NCBI GenBank assembly: GCA_043228905.1
Contig: JBHGNT010000017.1
Coordinates: 17,236,001-17,300,000, forward strand
Origin: Azolla caroliniana
Taxonomy: Eukaryota; Plantae; Polypodiophyta
DNA: 64,000 bases
Direction of reading: 5' to 3'
A program made the position numbers and the translations under genes. The notes under the pieces are model-generated. The model was not told the DNA's origin and ran no database searches. It saw nothing but the letters and a program-made list of their open reading frames with translations. Position 1 is the first letter of the stretch. The number at the start of each line of letters is the position of its first letter. Below are positions 13,394 to 25,053 of this stretch, in pieces.

Positions 13394-13950
13394 ACCACTA
13401 AGATAAAGGAGATTTGTGACGCGCTCGGGTCCATCAATGTGACGGTGGACGAAGAGGAGATGGTCCAAATCAGTCTCTGTGGTCTAGCACAATGGTATGG
13501 GCCAATCCGGATGGCAATTTGCACCCGGGAGAAACCATAGTCCTTCTTCGACTTACAATCAATGTTGATGGTCAAAGAAAACCACACGAGTGGGTTGAGG
13601 ACCACTCAATCGAACAACCAGATGTTGTACACGGAGGCGGATCGGCCCCATGGGCGTGGGGACGAGGTGGGTCGGCATGCAATGGAGATGGCCGACAAGA
13701 GCAGAACCGAAGGCACAGAGACAATGCCGACAACAATTCCAAACCCTCCACAAGCAGGGGGAGTGAAGCTGTGCCGGAAACCGACAGGGAAAGGCCGGCA
13801 TGGAATGTTGGTACTGTGGCAAGAAAGGCCACAAAGAAAGCGAGTGCTGGAAGAAGCGCGTCGATTCGGATAAATCCGGATTCGGCAAGGCCGGATAGGG
13901 AAACCGACAAAGCTCGCACTACGTAGAAGGATCAGAAGGATCCGGATTAC
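13394..13950 (+). mobile_element. Second Copia family-B gag fragment
   Basis: TTKIKEICDALGSINVTVDEEEM...CWYCGKKGHKESECWKK, paralogous to about 7290-7800. Confidence 0.88.
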
Positions 13951-14088
13951 TTGAGAAATATCTCTAGAATATACCGTACAATATTTCTTGAATATACTAA
14001 TGACTAGAATATTCTGATTCTGAAATGTACTATATGCTAGACTATAGAATATTAAACTATTATATAGAAATGCATGCTCATATCAAAA

Positions 14089-14672
14089 TGTTTGTGCGTA
14101 TGCGGGTGCAAAGAATGAGAATGACAATACAGAAACACAAAGATATGATATTTTAACGTGGAAAACCCGAATTGGGAAAAACCACGGGAGCCTACAAACC
14201 TTGAACCAAATCACTAACTTTAAGAGGAATACAATAAGAACCTTCAAGGCACCGATCTAGAGTTCTTCTTTGTCTAAACAGATGGTTATAGAGTTACAAC
14301 TCTCTCACACTCTCTCTCTTTCACTCTAGTTACAGAGGCAACAACAATAGTAACTATACACAACTACAATTAATATCATTACCTACATTATAATGATTGC
14401 CCTAGGTGAATTTATGCTAATACAACATTCAGGGCTATTTACAAATATAGCCCACAAGGGCCCATTAACACTATTTACAGATATGGCCCTGAGTCTGCTT
14501 TGACTAATTTGACTATGAGCCGAATCGATTCGGATTCGATTTTCTGGCCACGACCGAATCGAACAATTAGTTTGATTTTTCGGCCTCGGCCGAGTTTCTG
14601 TCAACCGATTCGGTTCTCCCTTTCCTTCGATTCGTGCTCCTCTTCCCATCCGGAGGGACCTGTTACCTAACA
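14089..14672 (-). mobile_element. Copia A-related LTR; left boundary uncertain
   Basis: Minus-strand start TGTTAGGTAACAGGTCCCTCCGGATGGGAAG and the U5 motif GTGGTTTTTCCC...GGGTTTTCCACGT. No matching TSD found. Confidence 0.75.
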
Positions 14673-15267
14673 GATACACCCAGTTCGGAGTCGATCGAGG
14701 AGTGGTGGAATTAAGGGCAAGGGATAGTGATTACACATTGTTGAGACCTTGATAATCCACACATAGTCGTAATGAGTTGTCCTTCTTCTTGACAAATAAG
14801 ATTGGGGCCCCAATCGATGATTTGAAGGGTTGAATGAAGACCTGAGCGAGGTTTTCATCCAGATATGTGCGAAGAGCCTCAAGTTCGGGTTCAAATATCC
14901 CATTGATGGGCCCAAATGGTGGATGCGCGCCATCTTGGAGTTCGATTGGACAATCATAGGGGCGATGTGCCAGTAACCAATCTGCATTTTGCTTTTCAAA
15001 CACATCCAAAAAGTCACGATATCTTGTGGGCAAATTGGTGACAGAAATAGAGACGTCTCGTGACACAATGGGCATTGAAGTGACCAAGCGGGAACCTGCC
15101 ACAACGGAATCAGCAGTGTGGGAGACTGAGTTGAAATTGGAAGAATGTGTAGCCAAGCTGAAGGCAACACCCACACAATTAATGTTTCCAACCAGGATAG
15201 CCCTAAAAGTGATGGGGCGGTTGCACCAATCCACTATCGGATTGTGTGTTTCCAACCAGGATAGTCC

Positions 15268-18200
15268 TGTTGGGATTACGGTCCCTCCGGATGGGATGTC
15301 CGGAGATGAATGACGGCAAGCCCGGTTGCGGTTACGGAACCGGATGATGAAGAGTACCCGGCATGAAGCCGGATGAAGAGTACCCGGATACGGATCCGGA
15401 TGATGAAGACCCCGGCTACGGAGCCGGATGACGAATGTACCCGGAGAGAGATCCGGATGCAGGGACATATTTGTGAATATGTTTGCTAAGAGCCCTTGAG
15501 GCTATATTTGTAAATATCCCGAAAGTCATATATGTATAAATATGACTTAGGGCAAACAGTTTTATGAGGTTGTTGCTTATTCTTCATGAGAAGTGAGAGC
15601 AGCCGAGAGAGAGAGAGAGAGAGAGACGAAGAGGTCGTTGCCTCTGTGTATTACCGCCGCCTGTGGCGAGGACAGTGAGCTCAAGGTTGTTGCCTTGTAG
15701 CTTCACCATTGTACATCCCTGTTCATAGTGATAGTTGGAGGTTGAGGACTCCCGTGGTTTTTTTTATTTAGGGTTTTCCACGTAAAACATCCAGTGTACC
15801 TTTCTCTCAGTTGTCTTCGTGCATATTGTATTTCCCGTTTTCTGTGAGTTGATCGATCCAGTTCCTCGGTTGTGGCCGAGCACTGGTTCAATAAAGTGGT
15901 ATCAGAGCGACGGTAACACAGAAAATGGAAGGCGGCAGCAGCGGGCAGCCGGGAATGATGGTGCTGAATGCGCAGAATTACGCCGACTGGAAGATCAAGA
16001 TGGAGGATCTTCTGATTGTTCGGGACCTGTACGAACCGATTGACAGGTCGGAAATACCGAAGGGAGTACTTGAGTCGGAGTGGAAGCTCCTGAACCGGAA
16101 AGCAGTAGCGACGATCCGGCAATATGTCGATGTAAGTGTCCTGCAACATGTGGCGAACGATACGAACGCCTATGAGATGTGGAAGAAGCTGTCAGGCCTC
16201 TATGAGAGGAAGAATGCGTTGAACCGGACCTCCCTGATGAGAAAGATAGTGAACCTCAAGTACCGGGACGGCGAGAGTATGGTGGAACACGTAAGCACGT
16301 TCATGGGATTCGTGAACCAGCTTGCGGCGATCAAGTTCCCGTTGGAGGATGCAATGCAAGCCATCATCCTGATGTGTACATTGCCGGACAGCTGGGAGAA
16401 CTTGGTGGTGACTCTCAGCACCTCCTGCACGGAAGACAACTTGTCCCTACAAACGGTAAAGACAAGTATTCTAAATGAAGAAGCGCGTCGGAGAGATAAA
16501 GAACCGGCCTCCGACTCGAAGGCGCTGCTTACCGAATCGGAACGGGGAAGACACTGGAACCGGAGTCCGCAAAGACGGGAGAAGTCGGGGACCCGGTCGC
16601 AGTCAAGAGGAAGACCCATCTGCTTCCACTGTGGGAAGCCGGGGCACTTCCGGAAGAATTGTCGGCATTACCGAAAGGACAACGGAGCCGACGACACCGA
16701 TTCGAAGAAGTCACCGGAGAGAAACGGTGCATACCGGGGAGGCACGGACCGGAGAGGTCCGGATCGGCGAGGGCAGGACCGGAAAGGAACGACGGCACTC
16801 GCGGCAAGTGAAGAAGAGATAATGCTCATTACCGAAGAGAGGGAGCTGAACCTTGCCGGCGTAGAGATGACCTGGGTGGTCGATTCCGGAGCGTCGTTCC
16901 ACCTGACCCCGGAGAAGAAATACTTCTCATCCTACACAGCCGGTGAGCACGGCTTTGTCCGGATGGGAAATGAAGGTACATGCCGAATTGCCGGTATAGG
17001 AGACGTGTGGCTGATGACATCAACCGGATGCAAGATGCTGTTGAAGGATGTGCGACACGTTCCGGAGGTCCGATTGAACCTGATCTCGGCCGGGAGGCTA
17101 GATGATGAAGGCTACACGGGTAGCATCCGGAACGGCGTAATGAAGTTCAGCAAGGGGAGCCTGATAGTGGCTCGGGCCCGGAAGGTCAACACTCTTTACC
17201 TGATGAATGCCCGGTTATGTCCGGAAGAGCTGAATGTGGCAGCCGACACTGCCGGTGAGCTGTGGCACAAAAGACTGTGCCACATGAGTGAGAAGGGGAT
17301 GAAGAGGCTTGCAGAAGACAACCTTATTCCAGTGAAGCATGTGCACCTGGAGAAGTGCACCGACTGCCTGGCCGGTAAGCAAAACCGGACCTCCTTCCAC
17401 TCAAGGCCACCGACGAGACGTAGCGCACCCTTGGAGCTGGTGCACACTGATGTGTGTCAGGTAGAAACGAAGTCACATGGCGGAGCCCAGTACTTCGTGA
17501 CATTCATTGATGATCACAGCCGGAAGCTCTGGACGGCACCGTTGAAGACAAAGGACCAAGTGTTGTCCGTCTTCAGAGAACTCCACGCGAGAGTGGAAAG
17601 AGAATCCGGCAAGAAGCTGAAAGCGATACGAGCGGATAACGGAGGGGAATACCGGGGGCAGTTCCAGGAGTACTGTCGCTCGAAGGGAATCCGGCTCGAG
17701 TTTACTGTGCCGAAGACGCCGGAACTGAACGGGCTGGCCGAGAGGATGAACCGGACCATAATGGAGAGGGTCCGGAGTATGCTGGCGCATGCGAAACTAC
17801 CCAAGGGATTTTGGGCTGAGGCAATGTCGACGGCGACGTATGTGATAAATAGATCACCCTCAGTACCTTTGGACGGAGACACGCCGCAGAAAGTGTGGAC
17901 CGGTAAGGAAGTGTCCTACCGGCATCTGAAGGTGTTCGGGTGTCTCACATACGTGCATGTGGCAAAGGACCGGAGAGGAAAGTTAGATCCAAAGACCCGG
18001 CCATGCATATTCCTTGGTTACGGCGACGACGAGTTCGGCTACCGAGTATGGGACCCGGTCGACAAGAAGATATTCAGGAGTCGCGATATCATCTTCATGG
18101 AGGACAAGACGCTCGCCGACTGGGAGTCGGAGAAGAAGATGAAGAGCTCCAAGTCGACCGGTGAGGATAAACTCTACGAGGAGCAGTCCCGACCGGCAAG

Positions 18201-20637
18201 GGACCGGTTAACACTCGAAGACCCGGCCGAAGACGGTGAAGAAACAGAACCGGCCGAAGAAGATGAAAATGATACCGGAACCGGCCCCGATCCCGAAATG
18301 GATTCGGATGAAGAAGAAGAATCGGAAGAACCGGTTACCGAAGCTCCCGAACGGAGATATCCTCTAAGAGAGAGAAGGGCCCCCCGGAGATTTCCGGAAC
18401 CAGAGCACGTGCTGCTAACCGATGAGGGGGAGCCGGAGAGCTTTGAAGAAGCAAAGCACGACACCCAGAGCCGCAGGTGGTTAAGTGCCATGCAGGAGGA
18501 GATGGATTCCCTGCATGAGAACCACACATATGAACTTGTGGAGTTGCCGAAAGGAAAGCGGGCACTTCGAAACAAGTGGGTGTTCAAGCTGAAACCGGGA
18601 GATGCCGGAAACCCCCCGAGATACAAAGCCAGGATCGTGGTGAAGGGGTTCCAGCAGAAGAAGGGCGTCGACTTCGACGAGATATTTGCCCCGGTAGTGA
18701 AGATGACCTCTATCCGGACGGTGCTGAGCATAGCGGCAAGCATGGACCTCGAGGTAGAACAGATGGACGTGAAGACGGCATTCCTTCACGGTGACCTCGA
18801 TGAAGAGATCTACATGCAGCAACCGGAAGGATTCGAGAAGAAAGGGAAGGAGCACCTGGTATGCCGGTTGAAGAAGAGCCTTTACGGATTGAAGCAGGCT
18901 CCCCGGCAATGGTACCGGAAGTTCGACTCCTTCATGACCGACGAAGGGTACCTCAAAACGCAGTCCGACCACTGCGTGTTTGTGAAGAAGTTCGAAGGAG
19001 GAGACTTTCTAATACTCCTCCTGTACGTGGACGACATGTTGATCGTCGGACGGGACCAGGTCAAGATACGGATGCTGAAGAAGGCTCTTCACCAAACCTT
19101 CTCAATGAAGGACCTGGGTCCGGCGAGGCAAATACTAGGGATGCACATCATCCGGGACCGGAAGAAGAAGCAGTTGTGGCTGTCACAGGAGAAGTACGTG
19201 ACGAAGGTGCTTCACCGGTTCAACATGTCGGAAGCAAGACCGGTCGGATCGACCCTCCCGGCAAACTGCAAGCTGTCCAGCAAGCAAAGTCCCAAGACAA
19301 AGGCTGAAAAGGAGGATATGATGAAAGTGCCGTATGCCTCAGCCGTCGGGAGCTTGATGTACGCCATGGTGTGTACGAGACCGGACATAGGATATGCAGT
19401 CGGAGTGGTGAGCCGGTACATGAGCAATCCTGGCAAAGAGCATTGGAACGCGGTCAAGTGGACACTCCGATACCTGAAGGGCACAGCAAACGTGTGCCTT
19501 CGATTCGGCTCCGGTAAGCCCCAACTCGACGGCTTCACCGATTCGGATATGTCGGCTGATGCAGATACCAGCCGGTCCACATCAGGGTATGTGATGACCT
19601 ATGCAGGGGGAGCCGTTTCGTGGCAGTCGAGGCTGCAGAAGACGGTTGCGTTGTCAACCACGGAGGCGGAGTACATGGCAGCTGTTGAAGCCGGCAAGGA
19701 AATAATATGGATGAAGGACTTCATTAGAGAGCTCGGTATCCAACAGGAGGAGTACCGACTCTACTGCGACAGTCAGAGTGCCATCCACCTTGCGAAGAAC
19801 GCGGCCTACCATTCCCGGACGAAACACATCCAGCGGAGATACCACTGGATCCGGGAGAGGATAGAAGACGAGGAGTTCGTGCTGACGAAGATCCACACTG
19901 ACGAGAACGGGTCGGATATGCTGACCAAGGTGCTCACACCCGACAAGCTGGAAGCATGCCGGAAGAGGATCGGATTGGAGAGACATCCCATGCCGAAGTG
20001 AAGGGGGAGTTTGTTGGGATTACGGTCCCTCCGGATGGGATGTCCGGAGATGAATGACGGCAAGCCCGGTTGCGGTTACGGAACCGGATGATGAAGAGTA
20101 CCCGGCATGAAGCCGGATGAAGAGTACCCGGATACGGATCCGGATGATGAAGACCCCGGCTACGGAGCCGGATGACGAATGTACCCGGAGAGAGATCCGG
20201 ATGCAGGGACATATTTGTGAATATGTTTGCTAAGAGCCCTTGAGGCTATATTTGTAAATATCCCGAAAGTCATATATGTATAAATATGACTTAGGGCAAA
20301 CAGTTTTATGAGGTTGTTGCTTATTCTTCATGAGAAGTGAGAGCAACCGAGAGAGAGAGAGAGAGAGAGACGAAGAGGTCGTTGCCTCTGTGTATTACCG
20401 CCGCCTATGGCGAGGACAGTGAGCTCAAGGTTGTTGCCTTGTAGCTTCACCATTGTACATCCCTGTTCATAGTGATAGTTGGAGGTTGAGGACTCCCGTG
20501 GTTTTTTTTATTTAGGGTTTTCCACGTAAAACATCCAGTGTACCTTTCTCTCAGTTGTCTTCGTGCATATTGTATTTCCCGTTTTCTGTGAGTTGATCGA
20601 TCCAGTTCCTCGGTTGTGGCCGAGCACTGGTTCAATA
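15268..20637 (+). mobile_element. Intact, very recent Ty1/Copia LTR retrotransposon
   Basis: LTRs 15268-15893 and 20012-20637 (626 bp each, 2 G/A differences seen). TSD AGTCC at 15263-15267 and 20638-20642. PBS TGGTATCAGAGC at 15897-15908, PPT at about 20000-20011, uninterrupted ORF. Confidence 0.98.
15925..20001 (+). CDS. Copia Gag-Pol polyprotein (1358 aa), Tnt1-like domain set
   Basis: CFHCGKPGHFRKNC zinc knuckle, VVDSGASFH protease, HKRLCH...CTDC / DDHSR / DNGGE / AERMNR integrase, LLYVDDML RT, FTDSD / AEY / CDSQSA RNase H. Confidence 0.98.
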   Translation: MEGGSSGQPGMMVLNAQNYADWKIKMEDLLIVRDLYEPIDRSEIPKGVLESEWKLLNRKAVATIRQYVDVSVLQHVANDTNAYEMWKKLSGLYERKNALNRTSLMRKIVNLKYRDGESMVEHVSTFMGFVNQLAAIKFPLEDAMQAIILMCTLPDSWENLVVTLSTSCTEDNLSLQTVKTSILNEEARRRDKEPASDSKALLTESERGRHWNRSPQRREKSGTRSQSRGRPICFHCGKPGHFRKNCRHYRKDNGADDTDSKKSPERNGAYRGGTDRRGPDRRGQDRKGTTALAASEEEIMLITEERELNLAGVEMTWVVDSGASFHLTPEKKYFSSYTAGEHGFVRMGNEGTCRIAGIGDVWLMTSTGCKMLLKDVRHVPEVRLNLISAGRLDDEGYTGSIRNGVMKFSKGSLIVARARKVNTLYLMNARLCPEELNVAADTAGELWHKRLCHMSEKGMKRLAEDNLIPVKHVHLEKCTDCLAGKQNRTSFHSRPPTRRSAPLELVHTDVCQVETKSHGGAQYFVTFIDDHSRKLWTAPLKTKDQVLSVFRELHARVERESGKKLKAIRADNGGEYRGQFQEYCRSKGIRLEFTVPKTPELNGLAERMNRTIMERVRSMLAHAKLPKGFWAEAMSTATYVINRSPSVPLDGDTPQKVWTGKEVSYRHLKVFGCLTYVHVAKDRRGKLDPKTRPCIFLGYGDDEFGYRVWDPVDKKIFRSRDIIFMEDKTLADWESEKKMKSSKSTGEDKLYEEQSRPARDRLTLEDPAEDGEETEPAEEDENDTGTGPDPEMDSDEEEESEEPVTEAPERRYPLRERRAPRRFPEPEHVLLTDEGEPESFEEAKHDTQSRRWLSAMQEEMDSLHENHTYELVELPKGKRALRNKWVFKLKPGDAGNPPRYKARIVVKGFQQKKGVDFDEIFAPVVKMTSIRTVLSIAASMDLEVEQMDVKTAFLHGDLDEEIYMQQPEGFEKKGKEHLVCRLKKSLYGLKQAPRQWYRKFDSFMTDEGYLKTQSDHCVFVKKFEGGDFLILLLYVDDMLIVGRDQVKIRMLKKALHQTFSMKDLGPARQILGMHIIRDRKKKQLWLSQEKYVTKVLHRFNMSEARPVGSTLPANCKLSSKQSPKTKAEKEDMMKVPYASAVGSLMYAMVCTRPDIGYAVGVVSRYMSNPGKEHWNAVKWTLRYLKGTANVCLRFGSGKPQLDGFTDSDMSADADTSRSTSGYVMTYAGGAVSWQSRLQKTVALSTTEAEYMAAVEAGKEIIWMKDFIRELGIQQEEYRLYCDSQSAIHLAKNAAYHSRTKHIQRRYHWIRERIEDEEFVLTKIHTDENGSDMLTKVLTPDKLEACRKRIGLERHPMPK

Positions 20638-21627
20638 AGTCCTAAAACAATCGAATGTCAAGGGGTTGCAATGAGGTAGAACATTAATACCTCCTAGTGG
20701 GGCCCAACTTGAAGTACCAACGGGATAGTGGCTTCAATAACTACCCCCAAAGAGAGAACTTGTCCATCGATAGCTTCAACGAATATGGGTTGTGTTGTGC
20801 CGATACTATGTGCTCGGACGAACGAGATATCGATAAAACAGGTAGATGCATTGGAATTGAGCAAGGCATGGGATTGTATTGAAGTAGACCCAAAACAAAG
20901 ACTTACTTGCAATGTAAAACCTCATGATGGCGTAACTGAATTGTAGGAGCACAGACAAGTTGGGTAACAAAAAGTGTCCAGCAGCATGGTTCCTACTACA
21001 GTCGGACTTTGTCATTTTCCTGTTGTCAAGAAAGCTCCACAAGATGTGCACTGTCACGGATACACCAAGCGCGAACTAGGACGGAGCACAGATAATGGGG
21101 CTACGAACAACGGATGAACTTGGAGCTAGATGTCATGAGGCTAGGAACTCTAGATGTTATGAGCGACATGAGGGCATGAAGATAGAAATAAAGATCAAGG
21201 AGACAAAGATGAGGCGAAACAAGAATACTAGATTGATGTGTCAATGATTGGTGTTGAATCCCTTGAAAGGGACCAAGGAGGTTACAAGTATTTATACTGT
21301 GAGTCAAAGTACATGCATTAGAATATTCTGTAGAGTATTCAGGAGAATATTCTAGAACCCTCTAGAACCTTCTAGTTCTAGAACTTTCTAAATACTCCTA
21401 GAACTTGAAATAGATAATTTACTAATAATCTACTAAAATATATATAACACCATATATCTAGATATGTTGGTTAGAACACAACACTTGACTATATACAAGA
21501 GGTCAAGAGTTCAAATATTGATATGACTGTTGTCATGTTTGTGACATTATCCTCCCCTTTACGACCGCCTTTTTGAAAGCGTGGTGTAGGGGTGAGCTGA
21601 AAGAGAAAACCAAAGTACGTTGAGGAG

Positions 21628-22262
21628 TGAGTGACCATGAGCAGTCCTCACCAGAAATAGGAGCACAGGTGAATGCGAGTGACCATGTGTGGTCCTCATA
21701 AGAGATTGGAACACTAATGGGCGTGAGCGACCATGTACGGTCCACACCAGAGACTGGAACACCAACGTGAGCGTGAGCAACCATGTTCGATCCTCACCGG
21801 AGACTTGAACACCAATGTGAGCGTGAGTGACCATGTCTGGTCATCATCGGAGACTGGAACACCAACGGACGTGAACGACCATGTACAGTCCTCACCGGAG
21901 ACTAGAACACCAACGGACGTGAGCGACCATGTACGGTCCTCACTGGAGATTGGAACACCAACGAACATGAGCGACCATGAGTGGTCCTCACTAGAGACAT
22001 GAACACCAACGGACGTGAGCGACTATGTGTGGTCCTCACCGGGAATTGGAACACCAACGAGTGTGAGCGACCATGTACAGTCCTCAATAGAGACACAAAC
22101 ACCAATGGGCGTGAGAGACCATGTACGGTCCTCACCTGAGACACGAACACCAACAGACGTGAGCGACCATGTGCAGTCCTCACCGGAGACACGAACACCA
22201 ATGGGCATGAGTGACCATGTACGGTCCTCATCGAAGACACGAACACCAACGGATGTGAGCGG
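21628..22262. repeat. 48-bp tandem array (about 13 copies) inside element C
   Basis: Unit GTGAGCGACCATGTACGGTCCTCACCGGAGACTGGAACACCAACGGAC; one more partial unit resumes at 24343 after a nested insertion. Confidence 0.92.
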
Positions 22263-24342
22263 TGTCGTGAAAATCCGTCACTATGTGCGGATCGTGAGGC
22301 GGAACCGCCGGGGTCCTGGACCGGAAGGATTCGAAGTTTGCAAGATAGATTGAAAGAGAGAGAGATTGAGATAAGATAGAACGCTTGACTTTAGATCGAG
22401 AGAGATTGAAATGGAGAGAGAGATTAAGATTGAACCCTTGACTTTAGATTTGAGGAACAAGATATATCATCAATTAGATAACGAATTGTCTTCTTATTAA
22501 AATCTTGATTAATACATAGCCCGTTTTTCTTCTCCATCCACTCTTTTATAGATGCCCCCATGCATATGATGCATGTGAGGGTGCAAGACATGCATGTAAT
22601 GCATAAAATGCATGAGATGCATGTTTGCCATTTGGCGCTCATGCAGTACATGTGTTGCATGATAACCATGTCACTCATTCAAGCTCTCATGCATGAGAAT
22701 TTACATGTGAAAGTATAATGATAAAAATATAACTTAAAGAAATGACTTGGCTTTTTTTCGTTTCACACCGAAAATCTTCAAGACACCGTTGTCGCAGTAT
22801 TCCGCGGGCACGTGTAGGATCTTAGGTGGGACTGCGGGGGTCTTGGACTAGGGAGACGGATGGTGAAGTCCTTAAGCTTTGTGGGCTTCGGTCCGGAATC
22901 GGCTTCCGGCTCCAACGAATGTAGGGTTTCACAAAAAGACGGTTCACCGCGAATATGGACCCGACTCAAATATGTTACAAGGAAGATAGATATACGCTAA
23001 CATGAATATATATTACAAGAGCTTTATAACAAGACGGTTACATGCCCCGAATCCGGTGGCTATTACATATCAATAGGCTAATACAACAAGTTAAGAATGG
23101 GAACCAACGAAGGCAAGTCAAGTGGGCCGTCGGAACCGCGACATCCACCATTGGTCACACCCCAAATACAGTGGAGTGTTCCTGTGCCACTTGGCCCTCC
23201 CTTCTCGAATCGGCCGCCACACGAAACGCTCTCCATCGAGGAGAGGAAGCCGAATCACCAAGTGCTGCCACCGGAATGCCTAAAGTCGTCGTTGTAGGAA
23301 CCCCCAAACCTAACCAAACTCTCACACGAAGAAGAGAGAGTAATACCCAAAACCCAAAACCGCATAAACTCTTACAAGAAGAATGACCTAAACGGAATAC
23401 TAACGTCCACTCAAAAGAATGGACCAAACCCACGAGACAATGAAGGAGAAGACTCAAAATGAAACCCTAAACGAAATAGGGAGAAAGACCAAAGTAGAAA
23501 CCTTAAGAATAAGGTGAAGAGGAAGAACACTACCAAACCCTAGACCTAACTGTTATACCCTTCCTAACTCAAAATGGGCAACCCTTTTACAAGGGACACT
23601 CTCTTCATTTTATACAATAAGGAGAGGGATGCGTAACAATGTGGGATAAATCCCTTATCACATGGGGTTCTTTGTCCCAATTTAACTCCTATTCGGCACC
23701 ATAAAGGCACCCCTATTATTCACACGTTTTTACAAGGGTAAGTGCACATGATACACTCCACCGATTCCTCCAATATCTCCCGATTTCTCATTGTAGCTCA
23801 GAATCATCATGACACCGTGCGTCGCGATCAACCTATCCGACTGACCTGATTGATTCGTCTGTTCGTTCCCGACCGGTTCGATTCACATCTAATCCCATCC
23901 GGGTCCAATTCCGGTTTCGTCGCCATCCGGTTTGGGTTCTCCAAGACAATTCTGTACAACTTAGCCACATCCATTCGTCCAAGTTATCCAACCCAACCTT
24001 TTTGTGCTCTTAACACATAGACAAAATATAGAGAGATATGGCTCTACTTATATACTCGTGAATCCTGATGGTGTCCTATCTATGTGGGATATCTCACAGT
24101 TTTGTTTTCCTCTTCTTCTTCTCAAACTTCACACTCACATAACTTGACACTAAGTTGTCTATTTCACATGTAGTAAAATGCATTCAAAAGCTCTTGAAGA
24201 CATCCATCTTTTCATACCAAGATATTAAACTAATATAAAATAATATCTTCACTATTATTGTTTCATATTGTGTGTGAAGAACCACACTCGATTTTGTACG
24301 TTCCATGCAATTTTCACACCGTTGCCGAAAATCTTCACGACA
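22263..24342 (-). mobile_element. Composite of D-type Gypsy LTR sequences inserted in the 48-bp array
   Basis: TGTCGTGAA...TTCACGACA ends, flanks GCGG/ACGG. Contains an LTR-like unit at 22263-22785 and a nested solo LTR. Shares a GGCGG(G/A)ACC...GGGG.C(C/T)TG.ACC motif with the LTR at 27398. Confidence 0.7.
22790..23814 (-). mobile_element. Solo LTR (D-related) with 4-bp TSD
   Basis: TGTCGCAG...CATGACA flanked by CCGT at 22786-22789 and 23815-23818. Confidence 0.7.
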
Positions 24343-24389
24343 ACGGTCCTGACCGGGAACTGGAACACTTGACGATGATGAAGGCTAGG

Positions 24390-25053
24390 CAAAGTAGTAT
24401 TGATGATGACAAGAAGAGGGTTGAAGATGAATCAATGAAGGCAATGATGTTGACGAAGTGACTTTGGAAGCAACGACTTTGACTATGGTAATGATGGAAG
24501 TGGAGAAAGAGATGAAGAGGATAAGAAACATAGAGATCAAGACATTGAGGTTCTAAAGAAACACAAAGACACAGATACAAACTATGATAGAAAACACAAA
24601 GACATGGATGAAGGTGATAGGAAACGTAGGGAAAGGGATGAAGATAATAAGAAACACAGATATAGAGATGAAAACGGTAGGAAACACAAGGAGAAGGATG
24701 ACAATGACAAAAAATACAAAGATAGGGATGTGGAAGATAATAAGAAACGTAGAGATAGAGATGATGATGAGAAGAAACTAGGAGATAGAGATGATGATGA
24801 GAAGAAACTAGGAGATAGAGATGTGAAGGATGAGAAGAATCTAAAAGACAAAGAAGGTGATGAAAAGAAACTACGAGATAGAGATGTGAAGGATGAGAAG
24901 AATCTAAAAGACAAAGAAGGTGATAAGAAGAAACTACGAGATAGAAATGGCGAGGAAGATAGAAAACGAAGAGATGTTGATGATGGTGACTTTAGAACCA
25001 ATGGCGGTGATGATGGTAACTCTAGAAGCAAGGGTGATGATGAAGACAGGTAA
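24390..25053 (+). repeat. Purine-rich low-complexity tandem region in the interior of element C
   Basis: Repeats of about 30 bp, (G/C)GAGATAGAGATG...GATGAGAAGAA, giving a D/K/R/E-rich 149-aa ORF antisense to the element. Confidence 0.75.

Noticed and set aside
21628-22262. CRISPR-like array
   Set aside because: Contiguous 48-bp tandem units with no unique spacers, no cas genes and a eukaryotic context.
24604-25053. D/K/R/E-rich protein-coding gene
   Set aside because: Low-complexity tandem repeat inside a retroelement, antisense to it, with no gene structure.
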